Assembly (NCBI GenBank): GCA_963696385.1
Contig: CAVOKF010000008.1
Location: 352,001 to 416,000, forward strand
Reading direction: 5' to 3'
Source: an uncultured delta proteobacterium
GTDB taxonomy: Bacteria > Myxococcota_A > Polyangia > Polyangiales > Polyangiaceae
DNA: 64,000 bases
Shown here: positions 39,739 to 50,467 of the stretch, piece by piece
Position numbering within the stretch: position 1 is the stretch's first letter
Layout: each line of letters starts with the position of its first letter
Position numbers and translations under genes: made by a program
The notes under the pieces: generated by a model
Told to the model about the DNA's origin: nothing
The model's input: only the letters and a program-made list of their open reading frames with translations
The model's database searches: none

Positions 39739-41035
39739 TTACTCTTGAATGCGGATGACCCGCGGCGGGCTCGCGACGACGCCGCTGCGCGAGATGTCGG
39801 CGAGCGCACGACGCACGTCCCGCTCCGTCGCCTCGTGCGTCAGCATGACGATGTCGACCGCGACGCCGCTCGATCCGGCTCCGCCGTCCTGCACCATTTG
39901 CTCGATCGAGACTCGGGCGTCGCCGAGCGCCCCCGCCAGCCGGGCGAGCACTCCCGGCCGATCATGGACTTGAAAACGCAAATAATCGCGGCCGCGAACA
40001 TCGTCGAGGGACGTGAGCGTCCGCGCCACCATTTGGATGCCGCGCGTCGCAAGGCCGGAAACGCCGCTCAGGCGGGCGCGAGCGACGTCGAGTACGTCGG
40101 CGACGACACTGACCGCCGTCGGCATGTCCCCCGCGCCCCGTCCGGACAACAGCGTGGGACCGAGAGCACGGCCCTCCAAGGCAATCGCATTGAGAACACC
40201 GTTGACGTTCGCGAGCTGCGTGTCGCGACGCACGAGCGCGGGGTGGACCCGAAGCTCCACCCCGTCGCCTCGGTCGCATCCGATGGCCAAGTGCTTAATC
40301 ACGAAGCCAAAGCGCTCGGCGAACCGATGATCGATGGGATCCACACCCCGAATGCCCTCGGTGGGCACGTCTCCGGCACGGACGCGCGCGCCAAACGCCA
40401 GCATCGCGAGAACCACCAGTTTGTGGGCCGCGTCGTGACCGTCCACGTCCAGACTCGGGTCCGCCTCCGCGTATCCCTTTTCCTGGGCCTCTCGAACGGC
40501 GTCATCGAAGGAGAGACCATCGGAACGCATCCGCGTCAACACGTAGTTGCACGTGCCGTTGACGATGCCTTCGAGACGCACGACCCAATCGCTCGCGAGC
40601 GCCTCGCGCAAGACACGGATCACCGGAATGCCGCCCCCCACGGACCCCTCGAAGGCGAGAATCGACTCCGTTCGCAATCGCCCGATCCACCAGGCAGGGG
40701 CCGTGCAACGCGAGAAGCATCTTGTTGGCCGTCACGACGCTCCGCTTCGTGTCGATGGCGCGCTCCACGTAGCCTTTGGCCGGGACCACACCTCCCATCA
40801 CCTCGATGACGACGTCGATGGATGGATCGCCGAGAATCGCTTCGGGATCGGTCGTGACCCGGGAGTGATCGAGCTCCGGGACACGACCCTTGTTCGGGTT
40901 GCGGACCAGGACGCGCGCCACCTCGAGCGGGGCGCCTACGCTTTGCGCCACGTACTGGGCGTTCGCGTGCAGAAGTTGCACCACGCCACCGCCGACAGTG
41001 CCGCAGCCGAGAAGGCCGAGCCGTACCGGTTTCAT
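39739..41035 (-). CDS. hom: Homoserine dehydrogenase with C-terminal ACT domain; 1-nt frameshift at about 40660
   Basis: LGLLGCGTVG and VVTANK in one frame; FEGSVGGGIP, NGTCNY, GYAEADP, DRPGVL in the other; removing one base gives about 431 aa. Confidence 0.92.
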
Positions 41036-41072
41036 CGGCGGCAGTGTACACACCGCCTCGCAGCGGACCGCC

Positions 41073-43487
41073 TCAATTCGAGGAGACGGCCGGCTGAACG
41101 CCCTTTTCTTCGGCCTTGGGCTTGGGCATTTCTTCGAGCGCTCCCTCGAGGACTTGATCCATCTTGCTGACGAAGACGAAGTCGAGGTCGTTTTTTACTT
41201 CGGCCGGCACCTCGTCCAGATCCGCCTTGTTGCGCTCGGGCACCAAGACCCGCTTGATGCCGGCCCTGTGGGCGGCAAGCACCTTTTCCTTGAGGCCACC
41301 GATGGGCAGCACGCGGCCGCGCAACGTGATTTCGCCCGTCATCGCGACGTCGTGCCGAACGCGAATCCCGGTGAGCATCGATACCAACGCCGTGAACATC
41401 GTCACTCCGGCGCTCGGCCCGTCCTTGGGCATCCCCCCCGCTGGAATGTGGATGTGGATGTCGCTCTTCTCGAGGAAGTCTTTGCTGATTCCGTACTTCT
41501 CCGCGTTCGTACGCACGTACGACAAGGCGGCCTGCGCGGACTCCTTCATGACGTCGCCGAGCTGACCGGTGAGCTGCAGCTTTCCCGATCCGTACATGCG
41601 GGTGGCTTCGATGAACAGGATCTCGCCACCGACACTCGTCCAGGCCAGACCCGTCGCCACGCCGGCCTCCTCCGTGCGCTCCGCCACTTCGCTCGTGAAC
41701 TTCTGAGGACCGAGAAATTCGCGGACCTGCTCTTCGTCGTCGACTTGGCGCGCCGTCGCGTCGCCTTCGGCGATCTTCACCGCCACACCCCGGATGATGC
41801 TGGCGATCTGCCGCTCGAGAGTACGGACGCCGGCTTCGCGGGTATAGGTGTCGATGACGACGTCGACGGCCTTGTCGGTAATGTCGAGCTGCTCCTTGGT
41901 GATTCCGTGCTCCTCAAGCTGCTTCGGGATGAGGTGGCGCCGCGCGATCGCGAGCTTTTCGCGCCGCGTGTATCCGGGAATTTCGAGAATTTCCATGCGG
42001 TCGCGCAGCGGAGCCGGAATCGGATCGGCGATATTGGCCGTGGCGACGAACATCACGTTCGACAGGTCGTAGGGGATTTCGAGGTAGTGGTCGGCGAACG
42101 TATTGTTCTGCTCTGGGTCGAGCACCTCGAGCAGCGCCGCTGCCGGGTCGCCCCGGAAGTCGTGCCCAATCTTGTCGACCTCGTCCATCATGAAGACGGG
42201 GTTGATCGTGCCCGATTTTTTCATGCCCTGAATGATCTGTCCGGGCAACGCACCGACGTAGGTCCGCCGGTGACCGCGAATCGCGGCTTCGTCGTGCACA
42301 CCTCCGAGCGAGATTCGGACGAACTTGCGCCCGAGGGCGCGAGCGATGCTGCGTCCGAGCGACGTCTTGCCGACTCCAGGGGGCCCGATCAGGCAGAGAA
42401 TCGGCCCCTTCTTGTCTTTTTTCAGCTTGCGAACGGCCAAGTACTCCAGGATCCGTTTTTTGACCTTTTCGAGCCCGTAATGGTCCTCGTCGAGCACCTT
42501 GCGCACCGCGCCGATATCCATGTTGTCGGGCGTCTGCAGATGCCACGGCAGGTCCAAGATCCAATCGAGGTACGTTCGTACGACCGTGTATTCGGCGCTT
42601 CCGACCTGCATGTTGCGCAGGCGCTTGAGTTGCTTCTTGGCGACCTGTTCGGCCTCATGGGGGAGGTTCGCCTTGGCGATTCGCTCCTCCAATCCGTCGA
42701 GATCGCCTTGATCCCCGTCGTCCTCCCCGAGCTCTTCCTTAATGGCCTTCAGCTGCTGACGAAGGACGTACTCGCGCTGATTTTTGCCCATCTCCTCCTT
42801 GATTTGCGAGTTGATGCGCTCGCGCATTTTGAGGATTTCCAGCTGGCGCGTGAGAAGCTTGAGAACCTTGCGAATCCGGTCTTTGACGTCGATCGTCTCC
42901 AGCAGGGTCGCCTTTTCGTCGACGGGCGCATCGAGATTGCCGGCGACCAAGTCCGCCAGGGCGCCCGGAGCTTGGATCGAGTCCATCAAGGACGCCGCCT
43001 CGCGCGGAAGCTCGGGCATCAGCTGAATGACCTGCTTGGCGATGTCGCGCAGGCTCATGCTCAGGGCTTCCGCCTCGTCGTCGCCCGAATTCGTTTCCTG
43101 CAGGCGGCCCACCTTCGCCTTCAAGTACGGAGAGGACTGCGTAATCTCGTCCAGGCGAATGCGCTCGAGCCCCTGGAGAATGAGCGAGTAATTTCCCGAG
43201 CTGTGCTTGAGCGCCTTGAGGACGCGCGCCGCACAGCCGACCTGATGCAGGTCGTCCTTGCCCGGATCGTCGGTCGAAGGATCGCGCTGGGCAAAGATCG
43301 CGATGACGGGCGACGAAAGATTGTCGACATCCTCGACCAGCGCGACCGACTTCTCCCGGCCCACGTCGAACGGTGCGACGGCACCGGGGAAAAGCACGGC
43401 GTTGCGGATGGGAAGAACCGGCAGCTCATCGGCGAACTGGATGGCCTCCTCTTCTTGCCGCGCTGGATTCTGTTTCTTTTCGGACAT
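41073..43487 (-). CDS. lon: ATP-dependent Lon protease
   Basis: LPVLPIRNAVLFPG N-domain, GPPGVGKTS, GHRRTYVGA, PKDGPSAG catalytic Ser. Confidence 0.97.
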   Translation of the reverse strand: MSEKKQNPARQEEEAIQFADELPVLPIRNAVLFPGAVAPFDVGREKSVALVEDVDNLSSPVIAIFAQRDPSTDDPGKDDLHQVGCAARVLKALKHSSGNYSLILQGLERIRLDEITQSSPYLKAKVGRLQETNSGDDEAEALSMSLRDIAKQVIQLMPELPREAASLMDSIQAPGALADLVAGNLDAPVDEKATLLETIDVKDRIRKVLKLLTRQLEILKMRERINSQIKEEMGKNQREYVLRQQLKAIKEELGEDDGDQGDLDGLEERIAKANLPHEAEQVAKKQLKRLRNMQVGSAEYTVVRTYLDWILDLPWHLQTPDNMDIGAVRKVLDEDHYGLEKVKKRILEYLAVRKLKKDKKGPILCLIGPPGVGKTSLGRSIARALGRKFVRISLGGVHDEAAIRGHRRTYVGALPGQIIQGMKKSGTINPVFMMDEVDKIGHDFRGDPAAALLEVLDPEQNNTFADHYLEIPYDLSNVMFVATANIADPIPAPLRDRMEILEIPGYTRREKLAIARRHLIPKQLEEHGITKEQLDITDKAVDVVIDTYTREAGVRTLERQIASIIRGVAVKIAEGDATARQVDDEEQVREFLGPQKFTSEVAERTEEAGVATGLAWTSVGGEILFIEATRMYGSGKLQLTGQLGDVMKESAQAALSYVRTNAEKYGISKDFLEKSDIHIHIPAGGMPKDGPSAGVTMFTALVSMLTGIRVRHDVAMTGEITLRGRVLPIGGLKEKVLAAHRAGIKRVLVPERNKADLDEVPAEVKNDLDFVFVSKMDQVLEGALEEMPKPKAEEKGVQPAVSSN

Positions 43488-43837
43488 GGCTCGCTACCTC
43501 TCGCAGGGACTGCCCAGGGGGCCGTTGGTTCGAGCTTCGCGTTTCGTACTAAAACGAATAGGGCCTGACCGCGAATGATGCACGTTCGATTGTGTGCGTC
43601 GATTCTTGCCCATACGACACGACGGCTGAAACCGCCAGGATCGCATCCTAAGCATGCATTTTGGCGCGCGCCATTGCCGCGGCAAAGTCGGCTAATCCGT
43701 CCGGAACCATCCACCCTGCCGATCGAACGTCCGCGACGAATTGGGCCGAATTCGCACGAATTCGGGTCTCGAATCCGCGCGAAAGTCTCCGACGGCTCGC
43801 GATACGACACCGTCGGCCAAGGTGACCCCAGCGGCCC

Positions 43838-45169
43838 TCAGCCAAGCGCCACCGTTCGGGTCGGGTCGAGCGTATGAATCGCGAGCCCGGTCAGCACCTT
43901 CGGGAAGAAGAAGGTGCTTTTTTGCGGCATCACCTCCCCCGCCTCCGCCACGGCGCGGACGTCGGCGACCGGCGTCCCACGCATCAAAAATAGCACTTGG
44001 CCGCGGCCAGCCCGAACGGCGCCGAGCGATTCTCGCGCGTCTTGCGGGTACCAGAGGTTCGTTTTTGCGGCCTGGGCTTCGGGCGTAATACCGAGGACGT
44101 GCTCGAGCAGTCCGGCATGCAGCACCACGACATCGGTTTTGCGCAGCGCGGGTGCCTTCGGCCCCAGCGTCGGGTGCGCCGCGACGTCGAGGTCGGATCG
44201 CAGCCTCAAGAGTGCCACCCTTCCGTCCCCCACGGCCGCCGCGACGGTGGGGCCGATCTCACCCGAGCGGCGCAAGGCCGCGAGGATCCGGTCGACGTCG
44301 CAGCCCGACTCGAGTTCTTCGATCTCGAACGCGTCACGCGCGCCGCGAAGCAGATCCGCATACGAAAATGAGGAAAGTGAGTGAACGTGACGGTGCGTCG
44401 GAAAGACCAAAAGGCTCGGCGAATCCCCGTTCGCCAGAAACGTCATGAAATAGGCTGGTTCGGTCTCGCGCGCGTCGCCGCCTCGGCCGCCCGTCCCGAG
44501 GACCTCCTGCGAATAACGCAGGGCCGTCTCGTACCTGTGATGTCCGTCCGCGATGAGGAGCGTCGAACCCCCAAGGCCGCGGACGATCGCCTGGACGGCA
44601 TTCCGATCGGAAATCTTCGACAACGCGTGCTGGATCCCGTCGGGGGTTTTGAAATCCGCGATCGGCGTGGCGGCGTCGAGGAGTCCATCGAGAACGCCGC
44701 GCGGGTCACGATACAGCATGAAGCCCGGGCTCAGGTTGGCGCGCGTCGCTCGGAACAGCTTGAGTCGGTCCTCCTTGGGTCCCGAGAGCGTTCGTTCGTG
44801 GGGCAGCACGACCCGTTCGGAGAACGGGACCAGTCGAACGAGCCCGAGAAATCCTCGCCGTGTCATCCGATCCACGCCGCCCGGCGGCACGAACGTCTGA
44901 TCGTAGCGATAGAAAGCCGGCTGCGGGTCGCGAACGAGCACCCCTTCGCGACACCACTGTTCGAGCCTCTGGCCCGCGAGCGCGTACTTCTCGTCTCCGT
45001 GCCCTTCGGGCAAAATGAGGCGAACGACATTGTGCGGATCGCGGGCAGCGAGCGCTTCGCGCTGATCGGCCGAGATGACGTCGTACGGTGGGGCCACCAC
45101 GCTCTCGAGACCGGCCGCAAGCCGGGTCAGGTCGTAGCGAAGCGGGGTCAGCGGGCAGACTTGGGCCAT
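43838..45169 (-). CDS. DUF1015 family protein (ParB/Srx-like core)
   Basis: APPYDVIS, PHERT..PKEDRL, IADGHHRYETA, MPQKSTFFFPK. Confidence 0.9.
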   Translation of the reverse strand: MAQVCPLTPLRYDLTRLAAGLESVVAPPYDVISADQREALAARDPHNVVRLILPEGHGDEKYALAGQRLEQWCREGVLVRDPQPAFYRYDQTFVPPGGVDRMTRRGFLGLVRLVPFSERVVLPHERTLSGPKEDRLKLFRATRANLSPGFMLYRDPRGVLDGLLDAATPIADFKTPDGIQHALSKISDRNAVQAIVRGLGGSTLLIADGHHRYETALRYSQEVLGTGGRGGDARETEPAYFMTFLANGDSPSLLVFPTHRHVHSLSSFSYADLLRGARDAFEIEELESGCDVDRILAALRRSGEIGPTVAAAVGDGRVALLRLRSDLDVAAHPTLGPKAPALRKTDVVVLHAGLLEHVLGITPEAQAAKTNLWYPQDARESLGAVRAGRGQVLFLMRGTPVADVRAVAEAGEVMPQKSTFFFPKVLTGLAIHTLDPTRTVALG

Positions 45170-45181
45170 GTCACGCCCAGA

Positions 45182-46474
45182 TCAACCGAGAAGCGGGGTC
45201 TTGTCGAGCGCGCGGCCGCCGATGTCGCGTCTGTGATGCTCGCCGGGCCAATGAATTCGAGCGACGGCGTCGTAGGCGGCGAGGGCCGCGTCGCGCAGAA
45301 CCGCCGCATGGGCGCCCACGGCGAGGACTCGCCCCCCGGCGGTCACGATGCTGCCGTCCGGCGCGCACATCGTTGCCGCATGCATGACCCACGCGCCGTC
45401 CGGCATCGGCTGGTCGAGCCCCACGATGCGATCCCCGGTACGCACCCTGTCGGGATAACCGGCCGCGGCCATGACGACCGAAAGCGCTGCGCCCTTGGGG
45501 GGAGGCGCTTGCACCCCCGAAAGGTCGCCCCGCGCAGCCCTATCGAGGAGATCGAACCAGTCTCCGCCGTAGGTGGGCACGAGCACGGTGGTCTCGGGAT
45601 CCCCGAAACGCACGTTGAACTCCAGCACCCGTGGCACGCCGGCGTCGATCATCACGCCCACGAACAGCACGCCCCGAAAGGGGCTGCCTTCTGCGGCCAT
45701 TCCTTCGAGAGTCGGCCGAACGATTTCGCGCATCACCCGATCGTGCACCACGGAGTCGACGATCGGCGCGGGCGCGTAAGCACCCATACCTCCCGTATTG
45801 GGCCCCGTGTCGCCGTCGCCCACCCTCTTGTGGTCCTGCGCGGGCGCGAGAGCCACAGCGCGGGAACCGTCGCATACCACGTGGAAGCTCGCCTCCTCGC
45901 CCGCGAGACGCTCTTCCAAGACCACCGTGCGCCCGGCCTCGCCGAACTGCCCCTTTCGCATCATCCGGTCGATGGCCGACGACGATTCATCGATGGTGTC
46001 GGCGACGACCACGCCCTTGCCTGCCGCGAGCCCGTCGGCTTTGACGACCAGCGGTCGACGAGCGGCCCGGGCATGGCGGTCCGCGGCGTCGGCGTCGTCG
46101 AACACGGCGAACGACGCCGTCGGGATGCCGTGGCGCTCGCAGAAGCGCTTCATGAAGGCCTTCGATGACTCGAGCCGCGACGCAGCCCGGCTTGGGCCGA
46201 AGGCACGCACACCGCGACGGATCAAGGCATCCACCAACCCGAGCGCGAGTGGCATTTCGGGACCGATGACCACGAGGTCCACCCGATCCGCGACTGCGCG
46301 ATCGACCAGGCCCCCGATGTCGTCGCTCCGCAGCGGCAAATTCTCGCCGACGCGTTGCGTGCCGGCATTGCCGGGGGCGACCGAGACGCGATGGCCGCCC
46401 GCGACGATCGCCGTCGCGAGAGCGTGCTCGCGCGACCCCGATCCCACGATCATCACTCGTGCCCGGCTCGTCAT
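45182..46474 (-). CDS. purD: Phosphoribosylamine-glycine ligase
   Basis: VGSGSREHALA, VVKADGLAAGKGV, QDHKR, GPNTGGMG, EFNVRFGDPE. Confidence 0.96.
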   Translation of the reverse strand: MTSRARVMIVGSGSREHALATAIVAGGHRVSVAPGNAGTQRVGENLPLRSDDIGGLVDRAVADRVDLVVIGPEMPLALGLVDALIRRGVRAFGPSRAASRLESSKAFMKRFCERHGIPTASFAVFDDADAADRHARAARRPLVVKADGLAAGKGVVVADTIDESSSAIDRMMRKGQFGEAGRTVVLEERLAGEEASFHVVCDGSRAVALAPAQDHKRVGDGDTGPNTGGMGAYAPAPIVDSVVHDRVMREIVRPTLEGMAAEGSPFRGVLFVGVMIDAGVPRVLEFNVRFGDPETTVLVPTYGGDWFDLLDRAARGDLSGVQAPPPKGAALSVVMAAAGYPDRVRTGDRIVGLDQPMPDGAWVMHAATMCAPDGSIVTAGGRVLAVGAHAAVLRDAALAAYDAVARIHWPGEHHRRDIGGRALDKTPLLG

Positions 46475-46534
46475 CCGACGGCTGCGCGCGTAACACGGTG
46501 CCGCCCGACCTGCCAGCGGTGTATCCTGCCAAAC

Positions 46535-47257
46535 GTGGCCGCCGACGTCCGCCCGCCCGTCGCCATCCGTATTACGCGCCCTTACGCTACGGAGGACGAG
46601 TATCTCGAGCACGAGCTCGAGACGCTCACGCGCGCGAGCATCACGCTGGTCGGCGCGCAACCTCGCGCCGAGGGCGTAGTTCTACGCTTCGAACTCGCCC
46701 TCGCCTCGGGAGCCGTGCTCCTGCGGGGCGAGGGGCGCGTGACGGGGTTCAAGCCCAACGCATTTCAGGGAGTCGGCGGCCTCGCGCTGCGGTTCACGCG
46801 GGTCGACACGCGATCGAAGGCGCTCATCGACAAGGCGGCCTCGCTCCGCGAGAAGCGCCGACCTTCGCTGCGCACCCCCGATTCCGTTTCCGTGTTGCCC
46901 CCACGGGCGTCCACCCCGGCTGCGGCGCCGTCGAGCCTTTCGGTCACGCCCGCTCTGCCGTCGTCGTTGCCACCGCCGGCTGCGGCGCCGTCGAGCCTTT
47001 CGGTCGCGCCCGCTCTGCCGTCGTCGTTGCCACCGCCGCCGCCGACGCGCTCGTCGGCTGCACCCGCGGCCGTGAACCCCTCGCCCAGCCAGCCGCCCGC
47101 CGACGCCGTGAATGCGATCGTACGCGGTCGGCGGGACGAAGGCAGGCGCCCGGATCGAGACGAGCTGCTCGGCCGGCTTCGAGCCCGCGCCAAGGCGCTC
47201 CATCCGAGCGCCATTCGAAGCATTCTAATGCATCGCGGCTCCACTTCGACGTCGTAG
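46535..47257 (+). CDS. Myxobacterial TIGR02266/PilZ-like domain protein with a Pro/Ser/Ala linker
   Basis: RPYATEDEYL...GVVLRFELAL..G.VLLRGEGRV...GLALRFTRVD..SKALID. Confidence 0.65.
   Translation: MAADVRPPVAIRITRPYATEDEYLEHELETLTRASITLVGAQPRAEGVVLRFELALASGAVLLRGEGRVTGFKPNAFQGVGGLALRFTRVDTRSKALIDKAASLREKRRPSLRTPDSVSVLPPRASTPAAAPSSLSVTPALPSSLPPPAAAPSSLSVAPALPSSLPPPPPTRSSAAPAAVNPSPSQPPADAVNAIVRGRRDEGRRPDRDELLGRLRARAKALHPSAIRSILMHRGSTSTS
46916..47038. repeat. Intragenic 60-bp tandem duplication
   Basis: Two 60-bp units differing at one base; encodes PAAAPSSLSV(T/A)PALPSSLPP twice. Confidence 0.9.
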
Positions 47258-47267
47258 TGCACCGCCG

Positions 47268-47327
47268 TCGAGGTCGCGACACGCCTCTACGGCGCCGCCC
47301 ATCGAGGTCGCGACGAGCCTCGTCGCG
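47268..47327. terminator. Repeated hairpins between convergent genes; possible bidirectional terminator
   Basis: TCGAGGTCGCGAC-NN-GCCTC twice (47268, 47302); inverted repeat CGCGACGA-GCC-TCGTCGCG at 47309-47327. Confidence 0.4.
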
Positions 47328-47348
47328 GGCGGGCCGCGACAACCCGGA

Positions 47349-48338
47349 TCACCTCGAGGACGGGAAAAAATCGAGGTGTCCGAGGGCCCCGCGCACGTTC
47401 CAGCCGTAGAATCCATCGGCGCGCTTGGCAGCCTTGATCTTCGGATCCGCCAATTCGAACAAAGCCGGCGCGTTCGAACCAGGCGATCCGAAGAGGCTCT
47501 TGGTGATGTCGTTCTTGGAGCGATAGACGTCATTGATGCGAAAACGGACCTGCAGGTCGCAAAGCGACTCGGTCACCGTGTCTCGCAGGGTGACCCTTCC
47601 CTCGCCCAGGACGTCGACATCCTTGCCCGACGCGAAGAACTTTCCGACCTTCATCACCCCGTCCTTCACCTCCGCAGCCACGGTGATGGCGCCGACGTCA
47701 ATCCTCGGGAGCGCGAGAGCGCCCTTGATCTTGGCCTTCCCGTCGCCCACCGCCGCGGCTTTCACGTCGAGAGAGAGGTCTCCCGTTCCCTTCGAAGCCC
47801 TTCCGTCCGGCATGACCATATGCAGGCTGCCGGAGAGTCTCCCGTCGATCGGAACACCGAGCAGCTGAACGAGAGGCCCCACTTTGCCGAGATCGAGCGA
47901 ATCGAGGGTGAGATCGATCGACTTCTCCTTGCTCTGCGCGCCCACTTCTCCCCGCGCTTCGCCGCCGAACAGGTCCAAGTCGAAGTCGACGTCGCTGTTC
48001 CCGACGAGCATCGAGAGCAACGAGAAGTGAATCGTCGCGGCATCGACCACCAGCCGGCTCGGCGGCTTGCCCGGTTCGGCAGGAGCGCCGAGCAGTGTGA
48101 CGCCGGTCATTCGGACTCCGCTCAGACCGCGGCCGGTCATCGCGTCGATCTGCAGCTCCTGCTGGCCACCGCTCGCACGCTGGTCGGCATTGAAGGACGC
48201 CACGATGCGCTCCCGTAGCTTGTCGTAGGGGAACGTGAGGGACGCGGATATCATCAAGCAGAAGAGGTAGAATACCGGATAGCCGACCGCGCCCGCGTAT
48301 TTCGCGTACGGAGCGAGCCGTTGGAGCAGCTCTTTCAT
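47349..48338 (-). CDS. gspN: Type II secretion system protein N
   Basis: N-terminal TM then TFPYDKL; beta-rich body; last gene of the gsp cluster. Confidence 0.8.
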   Translation of the reverse strand: MKELLQRLAPYAKYAGAVGYPVFYLFCLMISASLTFPYDKLRERIVASFNADQRASGGQQELQIDAMTGRGLSGVRMTGVTLLGAPAEPGKPPSRLVVDAATIHFSLLSMLVGNSDVDFDLDLFGGEARGEVGAQSKEKSIDLTLDSLDLGKVGPLVQLLGVPIDGRLSGSLHMVMPDGRASKGTGDLSLDVKAAAVGDGKAKIKGALALPRIDVGAITVAAEVKDGVMKVGKFFASGKDVDVLGEGRVTLRDTVTESLCDLQVRFRINDVYRSKNDITKSLFGSPGSNAPALFELADPKIKAAKRADGFYGWNVRGALGHLDFFPSSR

Positions 48339-48889
48339 GGCGCCGAGCTGCCGGACGGCGGCTCCTCGGCCCGATCGTAGGACGAGACGCCGACCTCGAC
48401 GTCGTACGAATCGTTCTCGCCGCTTCGCTTTCGAATGTTGAGCCGGGTGACGGCAATCGGGTAATTGCTTTTTTCGATCGCCTCGAGAAAACGCGCGATG
48501 GGCAGCATGCCGGCCTTCTTCAAATGAATGTTCGTTCCGTGTTCGGAGTAGCGCTTTCCGTGCGGGAGGTCCGGAAGCGGAGTCGACTCGGTCACCTCGA
48601 GTTTTTGTTGCCGCGCCGTCTGCTCGAGATATCCCGCCAAAGACGGCGCCTTGTGGACGTACCGGGCGAGGATGGCGTCTTTGCGCGCTTGTCCTTGGCG
48701 GACGCGACCGCGCGCATCTTGAACGTCGGAGAGCGCCTGTCGAATCTCGTCGTTGTCGGTGGCCTCGGAGCGGACGAACGCATCGAACCCGAACGGAATG
48801 GCGCCGAGCGCGAGAAGCGCCCCGATGAAGCCGAGGACACCGACGAGCTTGCGCTCGCGCGCATTCATCTGAAGCAGCGGTCCGGCCAT
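48335..48889 (-). CDS. gspM: Type II secretion system protein M
   Basis: MNARERKLV + TM + coiled coil + ferredoxin-like C-terminus; between gspL and gspN. Confidence 0.8.
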   Translation of the reverse strand: MAGPLLQMNARERKLVGVLGFIGALLALGAIPFGFDAFVRSEATDNDEIRQALSDVQDARGRVRQGQARKDAILARYVHKAPSLAGYLEQTARQQKLEVTESTPLPDLPHGKRYSEHGTNIHLKKAGMLPIARFLEAIEKSNYPIAVTRLNIRKRSGENDSYDVEVGVSSYDRAEEPPSGSSAP

Positions 48890-48890
48890 C

Positions 48891-50445
48891 TCACTTGCCT
48901 CCCGTGCCCGCGCCCGGAGCGTTGGACCCGGACCCCGAATCGGTCTTCTTCTTGGGTGTGGCCTTGACGTCTTCCGGGCACCGCAAATCGAATTCCAACG
49001 TGTACTTCTGCCGATCGCCCCCGACGGCCTGCGTGGTGCTCTTGATCTTCACGTCGGACAGACACGGATCTTCCGAGAGCGTCGAAGAGATCGACTGAGC
49101 ATCCGGAATCGACCCGACGACGCCGCGCACGACCACGTGCGCCTTCTGCACATCGAGCTCTTCGATGTCGTGCGTCATCGAAGTTCGGAATCGCCTCGGA
49201 CAGGCGCACCATCACGTCGAAGGCGTCGGCGTGGGGCATCGGATCCTCGTCGGTGAGCGCGGCCTGCTTGGACAGAAGATCCTGAGCGTCCTGCGCCGCC
49301 GTGGCCGAGGTGCCCAAGACCTCCAACGTCACGGCCCCGAGCGCAGCCTGCAAGACGCCGCGGTCCTTGTGCACCGAAACCAGGCGCGTCCAGGCGCTGA
49401 ACACGAAACTGACGAGGATGACCGCGGCCATGCCGCCGAGCAGCGGAATTTTCTCGCGAACCCAGCTGAACCCCCGCTCGAAGGCAAGCGCGCCCCGCCG
49501 CACGTTCAACCCCGTGCCTCGTCCCGCCAGACTCAGCGCGAGCGCCAGCGCCTTGGCATACCGGGGCAAATCCCGGACGCCGTCGCCGAGGGCCGAGGTG
49601 TCGATCGTCGGGTCGCGCAACAGCTGCACCGGGATCTCGAGCTCGCCCGAAAGAAACCCCTCGGCGCCCGAGACGAACGCCCCGCCGCCGCACAGGAATA
49701 CGCGCGCCGGAGGCGCGCCGCCCTGCGCCTGGTGCGCCGAGAGGCTCACCCGAATGTCGCGTGCCAACCGCGTCGCCGTCGCCGGTAGGCCGTCGGTTCC
49801 GGTGGATAAGGTGCGGGCGAAGACAGGCTCGCCGCGTTCGATGACGAGCACCTCACTGCCCTTCGACCCGAGATCGACGATGGCGACCGTCTCGTCTTGG
49901 GCGAGCCCCGCGATGTAGGGAACGAGCGCGCCGAGCGTCAGCGCACCGACGCCCACCCGCTCCGGTTCTTGACCGACCGCGCTCTTGACGAGATCGATGC
50001 GCGCACGCACGTCCTCGATGCGCGCCACGGCGGCCACGATCGACAGCTGCGCGTCCGGCGCGGCAGCGCCGCCGGCGGCGGCCTGGGGGGCGACGTCGCG
50101 ACCGATCAGGCGCCAATCGAATACGGCACCCTCGATGTCGAACGGGATCTGCGCTTCGAGCTCGTAGGTGAGAACCTCCTCGAGCTGCCGCTGCGCGGTG
50201 GCGGGGACGACCAGGCGGTGGATGGCGGCACGGTTGCCGTCGATCGCGGTCGCGATCGAGTCGGCCGCGTGGGCCTCGCCCTCGAGCGCCTTGGTCACGG
50301 CTTCGCGCACGGCCTCGAGCGTGCCGCCGCTCGTCGCCACGTCCGCGGAAGCGAGCCGGACCACCGCGATCTTGCGGTACGCCGAACGGACGACGGCCGC
50401 TTTGACCGCCACGCTCCCTATGTCGATTCCCAACCATGTCGGCAT
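48891..50445 (-). CDS. gspL: Type II secretion system protein L (PilM-like cytoplasmic domain, TM, PilN-like periplasmic domain); 1-nt frameshift at about 49184
   Basis: LGIDIGS, YELEAQIPF, VDLGS, CGGGA; removing one base joins EAIP-TSMTHDIEELDV...EFDLRCP (about 517 aa). Confidence 0.82.
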
Positions 50446-50467
50446 GAACCCAGAGCCTCCAATCTCG

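Noticed and set aside
39739..41035. hom as a pseudogene or programmed frameshift
   Set aside because: Single indel, no slippery heptamer and no other lesions; similar indels elsewhere point to assembly error
43661..43677. Sigma54 promoter near lon
   Set aside because: The GG-to-GC spacing is one base too long on the plus strand, which also points away from lon; there is no proper -12 box on the minus strand
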